A stretch of DNA of 64,000 nt from a virus (IMGVR_UViG_3300046522_000750); one strand, 5' to 3'. Shown: positions 1-10,296, numbered from the stretch's first letter. Translations and numbers: made by a program. Notes: generated from the sequence alone by a model not told the origin.

Positions 1-432
1 TATGCAATAGATCGCATCGCGCATGCAAAGCGCAACTTCTCGGGAGGACGGTGAGCCGAAGTCAGGGGAAACCGTATTGATGATGGATTCGATTCGAGCC
101 ATGAAGGTCTGCATCGGTGCCTCAAGGACTTCCATCAAGGACTCCTTGTAATCAAGGATGACCGCGAGCTTGGCGATGAACCCTTCTTCGCGCAGGATGC
201 GGTTGAGCTTGACCTGACTGCCGTCTATGGTGGCTTCGATCATTTCGTTGATCAGCATGGCCAACGAGAAACCTGTCGGATCTGCTTTGTTGAGCATTTC
301 CGATGTCTCTTCCCAGTAGAAATTACTGTAGTTACCCTGATCCCTGGTATCGAAGAGCACCAACTCCCGTCCATCACTACGGAAGGTCGACAGCTTTTCA
401 GCGAGGGTGCTCAGCAGGGCTAAAGGGATCAT
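1..432 (-). CDS. hypothetical protein, 3' part (ORF runs off the left window edge)
   Basis: Minus-strand reading frame with ATG at 430-432 (MIPLALLSTLAEKL...) is open to position 1 (>=144 codons, no stop). Confidence 0.5.
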   Translation of the reverse strand, partial: MIPLALLSTLAEKLSTFRSDGRELVLFDTRDQGNYSNFYWEETSEMLNKADPTGFSLAMLINEMIEATIDGSQVKLNRILREEGFIAKLAVILDYKESLMEVLEAPMQTFMARIESIINTVSPDFGSPSSREVALCMRDAIYCI

Positions 433-654
433 GAAAACCACTCCATAGGATATTCTTTTAGCATACCCTTTGAAGGGAATACGTCAACCAATTTATGCAT
501 AAATAAGAAAAGTGCAGCAGCCTGCTGCCCAATTGGAGCTACGCAGCGATTTTGGATCTGGCTTTGTTATTTGTGATCAAAACGTTCGGCTCGTGCCTTG
601 GAAGACGTCCTGGCCGGAAGTCAATCCACAGGGTTCTCGTGATCGATTAGCAGT

Positions 655-1335
655 CTAGCGCAGCAGCCGCGCCACGGTTTTGGCGAATTCTCCGAAAGGA
701 TCATCGAGCTTTCGAGGTTTCTCGCCGATGGCCATCCACAGCATGTCTTGAGCGAAACCTAAGTGCATCTCGACATGTTCGTGGGCAATCTTCGCCAGCT
801 CTAGACTCTCACCATCGGCAAATTTGTCGTAGGTTTTCCTGAGACGAGCCTCATCGATCATGTAATCCTTAGCCAAAGCGTTGTGATACGCCGCAGCAAC
901 AGTAAAGCCTTTCGTAACAGGGTCGCCACGTCGTGGCTGTTTTTCGCTGGTTATTGAGCTTTCGCGCAATTGCTGCTCAGCCACTAGCGTGCCATACAGC
1001 TCGATGGCCGCTGTCATTGCCCCCTGGCGCATGACAATGCAGGTATTACCCGCCACAGGAGCCCGACTCATCTCGCTGTAGACCTTGTGGTAGCGATCAA
1101 TTGCGGCCTTCAGTGCCGGCCCATGAGCTTTTGCATCCCTGATCCATGGTTCTGCAACATCTGAGGCCTTAAATGTCACTATCGCAGCCGCATGATCCCC
1201 AATGGCCACGACCGGTACTTTTTTTTCAGGATTGTCCTGCGAAGAGTTAAGGTTTTTGAGGCAATGACTGATTTCGTCCGGGCTTAGCGGCGGGAGCTTG
1301 TCCATGTCCGGTTTTTTGTCGGTCACGTTGATCAT
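655..1335 (-). CDS. hypothetical protein (226 aa)
   Basis: Long ORF, no recognisable motif. Confidence 0.6.
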   Translation of the reverse strand: MINVTDKKPDMDKLPPLSPDEISHCLKNLNSSQDNPEKKVPVVAIGDHAAAIVTFKASDVAEPWIRDAKAHGPALKAAIDRYHKVYSEMSRAPVAGNTCIVMRQGAMTAAIELYGTLVAEQQLRESSITSEKQPRRGDPVTKGFTVAAAYHNALAKDYMIDEARLRKTYDKFADGESLELAKIAHEHVEMHLGFAQDMLWMAIGEKPRKLDDPFGEFAKTVARLLR

Positions 1336-1359
1336 CCTTAATGGTTGTTATGGCAATTC

Positions 1360-1740
1360 TCAGGATTTTCCGAGAAGCTCGCAGTCGGTGTCGGTGTAGT
1401 ACTTGGTAATCGCTGCCGAAGTAATCACAATAACCCGGCTCTCATGGCAAAACATGGCTGCCGGGTATTGATCGGGCTGAAGCGATGAGACTAGCTTGCT
1501 GGCACTCACCTTATCAATCACCTTTGCCGCCAGCGCGGGTGTCTGGCCAGCTGGCACTTCTTTCAACTTGGCCAACGCCTCACCGTCAAGCTGAAAATCC
1601 AAGTCGTATTCCCAAGCCAGCTCGTATTGCCCGACCTTCGAATCAGCCTTTAAAACACTGTAGGCAGAATCAGCAGCAAAGCAGTGCGTCGACGCCAACA
1701 GGAACAACGCCATCAGCGGCTTTCTCATGCGCATCTTCAT
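1360..1740 (-). CDS. small exported protein (N-terminal signal peptide)
   Basis: MKMRMRKPLMALFLLASTHCFA|AD signal-peptide-like N-terminus; start abuts stop of the upstream gene at 1741. Confidence 0.6.
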   Translation of the reverse strand: MKMRMRKPLMALFLLASTHCFAADSAYSVLKADSKVGQYELAWEYDLDFQLDGEALAKLKEVPAGQTPALAAKVIDKVSASKLVSSLQPDQYPAAMFCHESRVIVITSAAITKYYTDTDCELLGKS

Positions 1741-2247
1741 TCAAATCTTAACCGGTTGTTCGTTGGATTTTGCCCGTAGAAGGATCTCGGCGATGGTTTT
1801 AGTCGCCAGCTCCCTGGAATCGGCATCAGTGGTATCGCGTTCGATTTCCTTGAGTGCACCCATCATTTCCTGGCAGTCCGCAAGCCGATGGCTGGAGCGG
1901 CGGCGCCAAGCGTCACGGTCTTTTTCCAACTCAGCATTCTGCAGCTTGGCTCGCTCAAGCTCTTCACGCAACGCGGCAATTTCCGGCTGCTCAGCGTAGA
2001 GGCGAACAGCCACAAACGCTTCCTTTACACTGGCACTCTCAATGTCCGGATCTGGCTTATGGAACATGCCCAGATGCGGCAAGTCCTTTGGATGCATCCA
2101 GTATCCAAACGGCTCGACCTGGTGCTCGATCACTGGTGTGGACAGCAGCGCTCGCAGTTCTTTCAGCGCCGCAGAATTGACGACGGTGCCACGACACTTC
2201 GTAGTGTGCAGGCGATCTACAGCGGCCCTGATCTCTTCAATCTTCAT
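1741..2247 (-). CDS. hypothetical protein with coiled-coil region
   Basis: 168-aa ORF; charged heptad-like segment EELERAKLQNAELEKDRDAW; contiguous with downstream gene. Confidence 0.55.
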   Translation of the reverse strand: MKIEEIRAAVDRLHTTKCRGTVVNSAALKELRALLSTPVIEHQVEPFGYWMHPKDLPHLGMFHKPDPDIESASVKEAFVAVRLYAEQPEIAALREELERAKLQNAELEKDRDAWRRRSSHRLADCQEMMGALKEIERDTTDADSRELATKTIAEILLRAKSNEQPVKI

Positions 2248-2294
2248 GATCGACTTCCCTTAAATTAAACGATTTCCACGTCATTTCGTAAGCT

Positions 2295-2552
2295 TCAGCG
2301 CCAATGTTCCTGGCAGGTTGTCCAAGGAGAATCGGCGAATTTTCCGCAACCCCGTACAGCGCATATCGGACGCTCTTTTTGCTCACGACCGTTGACGATG
2401 TAGACCTTGGCCTCGACAGGCTCCTGTTCTTTCGGGTGGTGAATGACGGCAGTCGTATCGACCTCATCGTTCGGCACGACACCCTTGCCATCGCACCACT
2501 TGCGCCCAAGGTTATAGCCACGACATTTTGGACACTTGTTTAGATCTGACAT
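2295..2552 (-). CDS. small Cys-rich (zinc-ribbon-like) protein
   Basis: CPKC...WC...C..GC..C pattern in 85 aa. Confidence 0.45.
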   Translation of the reverse strand: MSDLNKCPKCRGYNLGRKWCDGKGVVPNDEVDTTAVIHHPKEQEPVEAKVYIVNGREQKERPICAVRGCGKFADSPWTTCQEHWR

Positions 2553-2587
2553 TGTTTTTCCAATCCCATTTGTATTCGTTTGTTCGA

Positions 2588-2989
2588 TTAAAACTGATTC
2601 TCAAGCTGAGCCAATTCCTTCGCAGACATCACGCCAGGATGCGCCAAAGATTTTTTGTTTTGGGTCAGCAAAAAGGCATTTTCTGAGCGGGACTGAGATA
2701 TCACGATCTGCTCGAAAGGGTTTTCATGAATGGTCGGCAAGAACTTGATACCCAAGCTGTGGCTCGAGGTGATCGGGAGTTCCTTATAGTCGTTTCCCAG
2801 CAAGTTCATGCGAAACCGAGTGGGGTTCACCGGCGCGTCTTCACCCATCAGCACCAGCTCAAGTATGGTCGCCGCACTGAAAAAGAGCTCATTGCGTTCA
2901 TCTTCAATAAGGGCTCTCACATCTTTGCAGAGGCGAGCATCATCGGTGGCAGCCATGATCAGCACCAAGGTATCGAGCAGCAGCTTCAT
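2588..2989 (-). CDS. vapC: PIN-domain toxin (VapC-like) of a type II toxin-antitoxin pair
   Basis: N-terminus MKLLLDTLVLI... typical PIN start with conserved Asp; 4-nt overlap with upstream antitoxin gene. Confidence 0.7.
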   Translation of the reverse strand: MKLLLDTLVLIMAATDDARLCKDVRALIEDERNELFFSAATILELVLMGEDAPVNPTRFRMNLLGNDYKELPITSSHSLGIKFLPTIHENPFEQIVISQSRSENAFLLTQNKKSLAHPGVMSAKELAQLENQF

Positions 2990-3246
2990 GCCTTGCCCTC
3001 GAACGATTCGGCGATTTCTTCATCCATGGCCGCAAACTTCTCCATGTCGACATGAATCCCGGTCAAGAAGCCGATACGGCGCCCCTTGGGCTTATCCTCG
3101 AAAGGAACAATCCTGGCCACAGGTTTGCCGCTGTTGGTGATGATCACCGACTCGCCTGCAACAGCCTTCTGGATAAGCTGGGAGAGGTTCGTTTTCGCCT
3201 CGTGCATGCCGTACATGCAGTCGGAGTCAGGAGTGGAGTCCGCCAT
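2986..3246 (-). CDS. Phd/YefM-type antitoxin
   Basis: MHEAKTNLSQLIQKAVAGESVIITNSGKPVARIVP is the classic Phd/YefM N-terminal fold signature; precedes and overlaps the PIN gene. Confidence 0.75.
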   Translation of the reverse strand: MADSTPDSDCMYGMHEAKTNLSQLIQKAVAGESVIITNSGKPVARIVPFEDKPKGRRIGFLTGIHVDMEKFAAMDEEIAESFEGKA

Positions 3247-3367
3247 TGTGAATACCCGCGATTTACTTGATTTGTTGAGCTTAGCTAGTCTGCTTAGCTA
3301 ATACAACAAAAAGCCGAAGATACCTCACAACCTGGTGCTGTCGGCTATGCCCTTTCCTGTCAACGAC

Positions 3368-3817
3368 TCAGGCCCCCAATGATTCTCCCTCTTCCTTCTT
3401 ACGCACACTCTCGAGAGCCTCTTTGCCCACAAATCGTTTCTTCTTGATGTCGTAACCGATGGCCTCGTACATGTCCCACAGCGTGGCATGGTTATGCGTA
3501 GGCAGGCTTGGGTCGACCTCTACCCTGCACTCCTCGATCCATTCGACATGAGCGTAGTAATGAGGCTTTAGAGGATCAGCCGACATGTCCACGTCGAAGA
3601 AGCGATGGCTCTCTCTATCGTTGAACATACTCAGGCTAAAGTGGGCTCGCTGGCCACCTGGTTTCGTCCAGTGCGGTATCCAGAAGCGATGCACCTCAGT
3701 GTCCACACCGTCGATCTGCAGCAGCGCGTAATACTCACGAGGCTCCGTCGAGTAGCGCTTTTCTTTGCTGACGCGGCCTGATGCAACCGTGATCGGAGAT
3801 TGTGTGGTCGAGGACAT
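3368..3817 (-). CDS. hypothetical protein (149 aa)
   Basis: Long ORF; abuts the upstream membrane-protein gene (3818). Confidence 0.55.
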   Translation of the reverse strand: MSSTTQSPITVASGRVSKEKRYSTEPREYYALLQIDGVDTEVHRFWIPHWTKPGGQRAHFSLSMFNDRESHRFFDVDMSADPLKPHYYAHVEWIEECRVEVDPSLPTHNHATLWDMYEAIGYDIKKKRFVGKEALESVRKKEEGESLGA

Positions 3818-4135
3818 TTAGGAGACCTTAGCCTGGCAGAGTTTTTTGTAGATATTCTCACCCACGACAATTCCCAACAGGGTCAACAGGGCACTGCCGA
3901 GGTAAATAATAACGAGATTAATTGAAGGATCTTCGACCAGAGGCTCGGCACCATAAACCAGGCGTTCAAGACTCAGCATGCAGAATAGGCCACTCACGAA
4001 AGAAATTGACCACATCAGCCATGTGTAAAACTTAGCTCTAGGCCTTTTGTAGTCACGTGCGCATGAAAAAGCACTCATAACCAATGAAATAGCGAGAAAG
4101 GTGATAAATAATACTAAGGCTCGCGTTTCGAACAT
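3818..4135 (-). CDS. small membrane protein (3 predicted TM helices)
   Basis: Hydrophobic segments LVLFITFLAISLVMSAF, WLMWSISFVSGLFCMLSL, VIIYLGSALLTLLGIVV. Confidence 0.55.
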   Translation of the reverse strand: MFETRALVLFITFLAISLVMSAFSCARDYKRPRAKFYTWLMWSISFVSGLFCMLSLERLVYGAEPLVEDPSINLVIIYLGSALLTLLGIVVGENIYKKLCQAKVS

Positions 4136-4169
4136 CGTGTTCTCCTGAGATGGTGGGTGTGCCTAATTA

Positions 4170-4772
4170 TCACGGTCGGCTGTACAAAATCGTTCCGTGT
4201 TCGATGTTCTCGATGTCCCAATCACCAAGGGACTCGATCCTCACGTCCATTGGCAAGCCATCGGTGCCCAATGGCCCGTGCACGACTTTGAACAACCCAT
4301 TTGATGGGCAGGCATTCGTAGTCGGCAATAGTGCTTCAGTAGAGGCTGCGGATCTGACATTGACGTCCTTGAGGATCGATACACGCTGCATGCTATTGGC
4401 AGGCGCGTTTGCCGCGAATGCTTTGCCGGCGTTCCAGAGATCACGGGCATCAGACACCTTCGCATGGTCATTGCCGATGTGCATGCTGTCGACATGATCC
4501 TGAAAAGCCCGCTCTTCCTCAGCGCTAAATTCGTTGCTCAAGATTTTGCTCCCTGCCGCTGCATTGTTGATGACCTTGTGTTTTGCTCGCTGAGATCTCG
4601 CAATAAAGAATCCCGCAACCATCCCAATCACTGCGAAAAAAATAGACACCCAATGCAGCGGCGGATGGCCAAACACATACTTCGACACGACGTCCGCTAC
4701 GGCGGCAAAGAAAGATCCTGCACCCAGCATGACGCCGAGTCCTAGGAGATCCGAGTCGTTAGCGACCTTCAA
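4170..4772 (-). CDS. membrane-anchored hypothetical protein
   Basis: Two N-terminal TM segments then soluble domain; 4-nt overlap with upstream gene. Confidence 0.55.
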   Translation of the reverse strand: MKVANDSDLLGLGVMLGAGSFFAAVADVVSKYVFGHPPLHWVSIFFAVIGMVAGFFIARSQRAKHKVINNAAAGSKILSNEFSAEEERAFQDHVDSMHIGNDHAKVSDARDLWNAGKAFAANAPANSMQRVSILKDVNVRSAASTEALLPTTNACPSNGLFKVVHGPLGTDGLPMDVRIESLGDWDIENIEHGTILYSRP

Positions 4773-5131
4773 CCTTCAATTCCTGTGGTAGCTTTCGATT
4801 CAGACGGGCTCTCACTAGCTTCCTTTTTGCTGGCGGCCCGATGGCGAAAATACAAGAATATGAAAAGGCCAGTCCAACCAGGAATAAAGCCGGCCAACAC
4901 AAGGAGCATGGCCTGGGTGGAATTGATCGCAAGAATCTCAGCACCATGGATTAACAACGCCAACAAGAAGGTGAAAACCATGCCGGTGATGAGAGACAGC
5001 GCAGCCAAAAAGTACTTGGCGGTTCTGACCCTGATGTCAGAGCCTTCATCGGTGTACGACCAGGCGCCAGAAACAATTGACACCATTAAACTGCCGACAC
5101 AGAGTGCCGCATTATATGCAAAAGACATCAA
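4769..5131 (-). CDS. small membrane protein
   Basis: Several hydrophobic helices; coupled to downstream gene. Confidence 0.5.
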   Translation of the reverse strand: MMSFAYNAALCVGSLMVSIVSGAWSYTDEGSDIRVRTAKYFLAALSLITGMVFTFLLALLIHGAEILAINSTQAMLLVLAGFIPGWTGLFIFLYFRHRAASKKEASESPSESKATTGIEG

Positions 5132-5167
5132 GACACCGCCTGGAGTAATAAAAAACAGGTGAGAAGA

Positions 5168-5464
5168 TCAATCCTGTTCTTTTGGCTTCGCCGCTGAAGC
5201 TGTCTCTGGCCGATTTTTATCAGCCCATGCTCCAACCCAAATTCCGCAGACCAGAGGTATCGCGCAGAGAGCTATCATCAACAAAAAATTCTCACGAGCG
5301 TCCCACATCGACAGCACGCAGTAGGAAAATGTGATCGCGGCAGATAACGCGAAAATCCCTACCACGAAATTCAGCAGTCGATGCCAAAAGCCGTAACTTA
5401 TTGAATAAGTGGATTGCCCCGCCAAAATCACAGAAGCGATGAAGGAGCAAATAATCGTCATCAT
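5168..5464 (-). CDS. small membrane protein
   Basis: 98 aa, 3 hydrophobic helices. Confidence 0.5.
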   Translation of the reverse strand: MMTIICSFIASVILAGQSTYSISYGFWHRLLNFVVGIFALSAAITFSYCVLSMWDARENFLLMIALCAIPLVCGIWVGAWADKNRPETASAAKPKEQD

Positions 5465-5550
5465 TAGTAATCCTTATGGCCACATGGCCTATAGATCAGA
5501 TGGGTATTCGCCCATTCTTGTTAAGTTCGATCTTGAGCACGGGTCAGCTA

Positions 5551-5820
5551 TTAAGCTAATTTTTTTGCCACAAGAAATGCGCAGAAAAAACCAATCGCAT
5601 GCGGAATCAGAAAAAACACCACCAGCAAAAGTCTGGAATCGAGCTGCATGAAGTCGCTGTATTTTTCCGCAAAATTCCAGCTCAGCCCGAGAGCAAAGGC
5701 CCCAAGCACCCAGTTATTGAAACCATCGCGTGGCGTATTGGCGAACCGGTAAAATGTAAGCCCGGCAACCATCACCGCGATAGCAAACCAACCAATCAGC
5801 TCAAGGGTCTCCATGCTCAC
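5551..5820 (-). CDS. small membrane protein
   Basis: 89 aa, hydrophobic helices; overlaps stop of upstream gene (5817). Confidence 0.5.
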   Translation of the reverse strand: MSMETLELIGWFAIAVMVAGLTFYRFANTPRDGFNNWVLGAFALGLSWNFAEKYSDFMQLDSRLLLVVFFLIPHAIGFFCAFLVAKKLA

Positions 5821-6518
5821 TGACCTTTCTGCGAGATCAAGAGATCGGCATAGGCGGCGATCATTTCCTTGGCGTCCTGAGTTTCATCATCCACCGCATC
5901 GTGGTGGCTCCAGAAATCACAGCCGAAATGGCGGCGCCCTTCCTCGTGCATCGTATTGCCAGGGTACGTGCTTGGCCTGAAACCGGAGTGACCCAAAATC
6001 CGCATGCGATCACTGCCCATCACCGCATTCCAGCGATCAGCCGCCAGCTGTGTTTCGGCGTCGACCGACTGAGCCGCCAGTAACTGGCGAAGTTCAGCGA
6101 CCTCAGCCTCCAGGGCATCATAATGCTCGGCCCGGACAACCTTCTGCTTGATCATATTCACGCCGTCGCTGCAGGTGAGCTCAAAGCGTTTGTAGTCGAA
6201 GTTTTCCAATGTGCCATCAGTCTCAATGTAACCACGGCTGATGCAGGTGGTGAGCAGGTCGTAGACGAATGTGCTGCCAGGGTACGGCGACGGCCAGTAT
6301 TCATACCCGGTGAGCGCAAACGCAAGTGCGTCCTGAGTGATTTCACGGGGTGCGGTATCAAGGTTGCCATTCGCGCAAGCCTCGACCTCTTTAATGGTCG
6401 GCATACAGCGCTTGGCTTTCAGGCGTGCGCGGACTTCAACCCACAAGCCAGCGGCCTGATCATCGGTCAGCTCACAGACTTTGCTCATCAGCTTTTGAAT
6501 CGAAATTGTGCCTGACAT
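5817..6518 (-). CDS. hypothetical protein (233 aa)
   Basis: Long ORF, no recognised motif. Confidence 0.6.
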   Translation of the reverse strand: MSGTISIQKLMSKVCELTDDQAAGLWVEVRARLKAKRCMPTIKEVEACANGNLDTAPREITQDALAFALTGYEYWPSPYPGSTFVYDLLTTCISRGYIETDGTLENFDYKRFELTCSDGVNMIKQKVVRAEHYDALEAEVAELRQLLAAQSVDAETQLAADRWNAVMGSDRMRILGHSGFRPSTYPGNTMHEEGRRHFGCDFWSHHDAVDDETQDAKEMIAAYADLLISQKGQ

Positions 6519-6807
6519 AGCCGTACTTCCTGTTATTAGTCGTCGAGTTCATCGGCCAGGTGCAGCGTGCCGGCGAAGAATTTGTACGCCATATTCAGAC
6601 CAGCGACCTTGCCGGTGAAATAGCGATGCATGTCTTTCTGCTCCGCATCCCCTCGTGTCTGTTAGGCATCTACTTGTACAGGCTCCATGAGGGCACCGAA
6701 CGCCTCAGTGATCTTGCGGGTTTGCTCCTCGGTAAGACCAAGGTCAGCAAGCGCAGCGTGGTACTCAGATACGTTCATGCTGTGTCCTAAAATTGAGCTG
6801 AAGAGTT

Positions 6808-7176
6808 TTAGCCAGCCATCTTGCTGATCGGGGTCGGTGCGATCTTGTAACCGTGCTGTGCGATGTAATTGCTGAGGTTGGCCAGGAATGGGCATGCTTC
6901 GATAACGCCACTCACAGGCGCCGGCCATGCCCCTTGCCCCATCACCATGCCCATCGCCTCATGAATATCGGCCTCCATGGCAGCCTCGACCTTGCCGAAG
7001 TAGCTGCGCTGAGCCTTGAGTACCGCCATGAATTTGCCATTGTCGAGCAACTGCTGGCGTACGCCGGCCCACAGCTTGTTGGCTTGGGTATCGGTGAGGT
7101 CGATATTCAGTTCACGGCGCATCAGCAAAACAACGGCGGATGCCCCAGGCACCAGTGCAGAATTGATCATATTCAA
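6808..7176 (-). CDS. hypothetical protein (122 aa)
   Basis: ORF; 4-nt overlap with upstream gene. Confidence 0.5.
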   Translation of the reverse strand: MNMINSALVPGASAVVLLMRRELNIDLTDTQANKLWAGVRQQLLDNGKFMAVLKAQRSYFGKVEAAMEADIHEAMGMVMGQGAWPAPVSGVIEACPFLANLSNYIAQHGYKIAPTPISKMAG

Positions 7177-7748
7177 ACAGGCTCGGTAGGTGCCAAATGC
7201 AATGGCATCAGGAATTCGGTGCAGGGAATGGTGATCTTTTCCTGCGTTTCGTCAATTAGAACGAAAATATCCCGACCATTCAAGCCAATCCAGCCCGCCT
7301 TCAAGTTATGGGTGACCGGAACGCCATTGTGAAAGCCCTTCTCGACTTGAATTTGCTCGCCATGACTGGCGCTGTAGAAGTCATCGATATCCATCGCGTG
7401 ATTCAGCAGCGTAACCTGCAGCTTATCCATGCGGTGACGCTTCAGCGCTTCCAATACCAACTCGGCAGTCGCATCGGAGACAAAGGAGAATTGAGCGGAG
7501 GAATGGCGACCGGTCACCGTGCGGATGTAGACGACCTCACCGCCAATGAAGCCCACCGATACGCCAACCTCGGTGTCAAAGCTGACCAGCTTTTTATGAA
7601 GCCAGAACTCAGTAACCTCTGACTGGAAAGCGTGCCAGTAGTAGTCGCTGCCCTGATAATTGAGCTCCGTGCAAAGCTCTTCGTAATCGGCACAGCCCTT
7701 GTTCCAGTCGGAGCGATCAACGCGTTTGGCGGCTTCAAGCAGATTCAT
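7173..7748 (-). CDS. hypothetical protein (191 aa)
   Basis: Long ORF. Confidence 0.55.
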   Translation of the reverse strand: MNLLEAAKRVDRSDWNKGCADYEELCTELNYQGSDYYWHAFQSEVTEFWLHKKLVSFDTEVGVSVGFIGGEVVYIRTVTGRHSSAQFSFVSDATAELVLEALKRHRMDKLQVTLLNHAMDIDDFYSASHGEQIQVEKGFHNGVPVTHNLKAGWIGLNGRDIFVLIDETQEKITIPCTEFLMPLHLAPTEPV

Positions 7749-7814
7749 GGTGACGTCATCCTTTAACGATATTTTCTTAGTATACCGTTAAGGCGTCTGC
7801 TGTCAACCTGATGC

Positions 7815-8471
7815 CTAGCGCGACAGCGAATCTTCTTCCTGGGAAGACCACGCCTTCGCCACCAGTGGCACGTTTTTCATCAGCAGGTTGAGCATTTTCG
7901 GGCCGTCACACCGGGAGGTTAGATCTTCGTCCAGCTCGTAGCACTCATCCTCGGTCAGTACACCCAGGATCTGCACCCGCTCCGGCAGGAAGCTGACCAT
8001 CATCACATCTTCACCGTCTTCATAAGAAGCCGAATCGTAGCCTTGCTGAATGAGCGACTCTCTCAGAGCAGCAAAGTGGCCCTTCACGTCGTCTGCGCCC
8101 TCAGGCTCGAACATTTCCTCGAAGTCGGCGACCGCGTAGGTCTTGCGGGTTGGGACGATCAGAACATGGATGTAGGATTCGTCCTGATCGAGGTGCTCCC
8201 TGGCGATTTCCGCGTACTCCGCCGCTTTCTCAGGGATTTCGGTCGTGAAAAGCCCAAGGGATGAGTTTCCGTCGCCACCTAAGCCGATTTTTTCCGTGGT
8301 GAATTCCTGGATGTAGTCGTTCGAACCGTGAAAACCGATGGTCAAGGTCTTGTCCTTGAGCCCGGCCCGGATTCGCTTGAGGCTGGCGCTGGTCATTCGA
8401 CTGTCAATTTGCATGTAATTTCCCCGATAGGCCTTCACTGATTTTGCCAGGTGCGCGAACGACAAGTACAC
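7815..8471 (-). CDS. hypothetical acidic protein (true start possibly internal Met at ~8414)
   Basis: Long ORF; D/E-rich. Confidence 0.5.
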   Translation of the reverse strand: MYLSFAHLAKSVKAYRGNYMQIDSRMTSASLKRIRAGLKDKTLTIGFHGSNDYIQEFTTEKIGLGGDGNSSLGLFTTEIPEKAAEYAEIAREHLDQDESYIHVLIVPTRKTYAVADFEEMFEPEGADDVKGHFAALRESLIQQGYDSASYEDGEDVMMVSFLPERVQILGVLTEDECYELDEDLTSRCDGPKMLNLLMKNVPLVAKAWSSQEEDSLSR

Positions 8472-8539
8472 AGCGATACGGGCCCAGAAAAGCGAACAGG
8501 GCGATCAAATCGCCCTGCCCCCGGTTTGTTCAGTGTGGG

Positions 8540-9037
8540 TCAGACAAGCTTAAGCGGGTTTTTTGTGTTCAAAAACCGTCGCTTAAGGTCATCAGACCGG
8601 CGCTTGTCCTCAACCTTACGCTTGAACTCCTGAACGTCGTGTCGCATCCACAGACGCATCTGGTCGTCCTTGCGAGGGGTTGGGATCATCTCGGTAAAGG
8701 CGTGAGGCAGAGAGCCGTCAGCATCCCACTGGTTGAGTTCATGGTAGGTGCAGCCAAGGGCCTGGCGCACTTGTGCGGAGGTTAATGAGGTGCGGCGCAA
8801 CTGGTTAAGATGATGGAGTTCGTCGGCGTCGAAGAATAGCCGCTGGTGCTCAGTTTCGAGTGAAAGGCCCCACCTGATCAGGTCGTCGTGATCATGGTGA
8901 ATGGTCGAGTATTGGCGGGTGAGTGAGTTGATTTGTTCTTGTTCGAATTCCCTCAGGGCTGCGGCCATCGACTCAATGGCGACATGGTTGTGAAAATCGT
9001 ACTTCACCACATTTGCTGCATAAGTGTCATGTTTCAT
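8540..9037 (-). CDS. hypothetical protein (165 aa)
   Basis: Long ORF. Confidence 0.5.
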   Translation of the reverse strand: MKHDTYAANVVKYDFHNHVAIESMAAALREFEQEQINSLTRQYSTIHHDHDDLIRWGLSLETEHQRLFFDADELHHLNQLRRTSLTSAQVRQALGCTYHELNQWDADGSLPHAFTEMIPTPRKDDQMRLWMRHDVQEFKRKVEDKRRSDDLKRRFLNTKNPLKLV

Positions 9038-9203
9038 GAAAACGACCTCTTATTCGATGCCGTTAGCCATATAACGGCACGTATCTACACAATGACATAT
9101 TTTCTATCCCTTGGAAGAGCTTTTTTCGATGAATTGATTTGGTTTGCGACAATTGGTGAAAAGTGTATATTGCTGAGAAAAATGGCACAGGGAATGCATT
9201 CCA

Positions 9204-9446
9204 ATGCTAATCGACATTGTTGTTATATCAATTCTGTTTTCAATTTTTGCAGTCATAACATGGAAGAATAAGCACCATGTAATTGGTAGCATACTGTTGC
9301 TAATTGTCCTTGGGGCTGGCATCGGATATAACAAGTACATCAAAAGGACTGAAGTGCCAATCAGTACGCCGACCGACTGCACTCCGTCTGTTGAACAGCT
9401 ATCGCAAGAGCAAAGCACATCAAGTAACGGTGTGATACCAAAATGA
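9204..9446 (+). CDS. small membrane protein in AT-rich islet
   Basis: Two TM helices (IDIVVISILFSIFAVITW, VIGSILLLIVLGAGIGY). Confidence 0.35.
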   Translation: MLIDIVVISILFSIFAVITWKNKHHVIGSILLLIVLGAGIGYNKYIKRTEVPISTPTDCTPSVEQLSQEQSTSSNGVIPK

Positions 9447-9710
9447 TGTGCAGATTATTGTCGGTTTTGAGTGTCATAATGCGGTTGGCCACTTGCACAA
9501 ATATGGTGAATTTGGCATTCATTTACAGCTCAAACGCACCGAAAACGACCACAACAAACAACTCACCAGCTTGGGCATATTTGTCTAAACATTGCAGCCA
9601 AACAATTTTCTACTTACTTAAGGTGATTTATGCTCGTATTTCTAATTATCTGCATTGGCTTCATTCCATTCTGCATAAACTACTTCACAAAATGGCCAAT
9701 GAAATACTAG

Positions 9711-10010
9711 GTGCTGTCGACGATTGCCTGCATTGGGCTAGCTGTCCTAGTTACTGAGAAATTCAAGGTGCATGAGGCCTCTCGTTTACTGAAACCACTC
9801 AGCCTTCCAGTAATGAAAAAGAACATTCCAACAATCAGCACTGAGCATAATCGCATGGAAGATTTTTTGGTTAAGTTATTGCTGTTGGTGGTGCCATTTT
9901 GCATATATGTATTCACAAAGTGGCCTAAGATCTACAAGATTTTGACCATTGGCGCCTATGTTGTAGCTCTCCTCGTGTCCGCTTTCCTTTTCCCCAATAT
10001 TATGGGCTGA
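9711..10010 (+). CDS. small membrane protein in AT-rich islet
   Basis: Hydrophobic helices; low-GC context. Confidence 0.35.
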   Translation: MLSTIACIGLAVLVTEKFKVHEASRLLKPLSLPVMKKNIPTISTEHNRMEDFLVKLLLLVVPFCIYVFTKWPKIYKILTIGAYVVALLVSAFLFPNIMG

Positions 10011-10296
10011 AAAGCCAATCATCAAAACATTCTAGTATTTGGTATTTTTATAGGCCTAATAACAATGAACATATCTTATTAATTATATTAAACTGTGCGC
10101 CATTACCCTCACCTACTGTGCATACGATCAGGTCTCCAGAATGCCATCAAGAGCAATCTTGAAACCGGTGATCGTTGTCCAAAATTAAAGCTCAGAAAGT
10201 CCCGTAAAAACAGGGATTTGGCATTCACGACTCAAATAATTACATGTATATTGACGGAAATTGCCTCCCATGCCCTGATTTCTGTCCGGTGACTCC

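Noticed and set aside
6519-6810. Overlapping ORFs 6560-6790(+) and 6662-6928(-) in an apparent intergenic gap
   Set aside because: They are mutually exclusive, short and without motifs. Only a possible ~31-38-aa peptide is plausible, so I did not call either.
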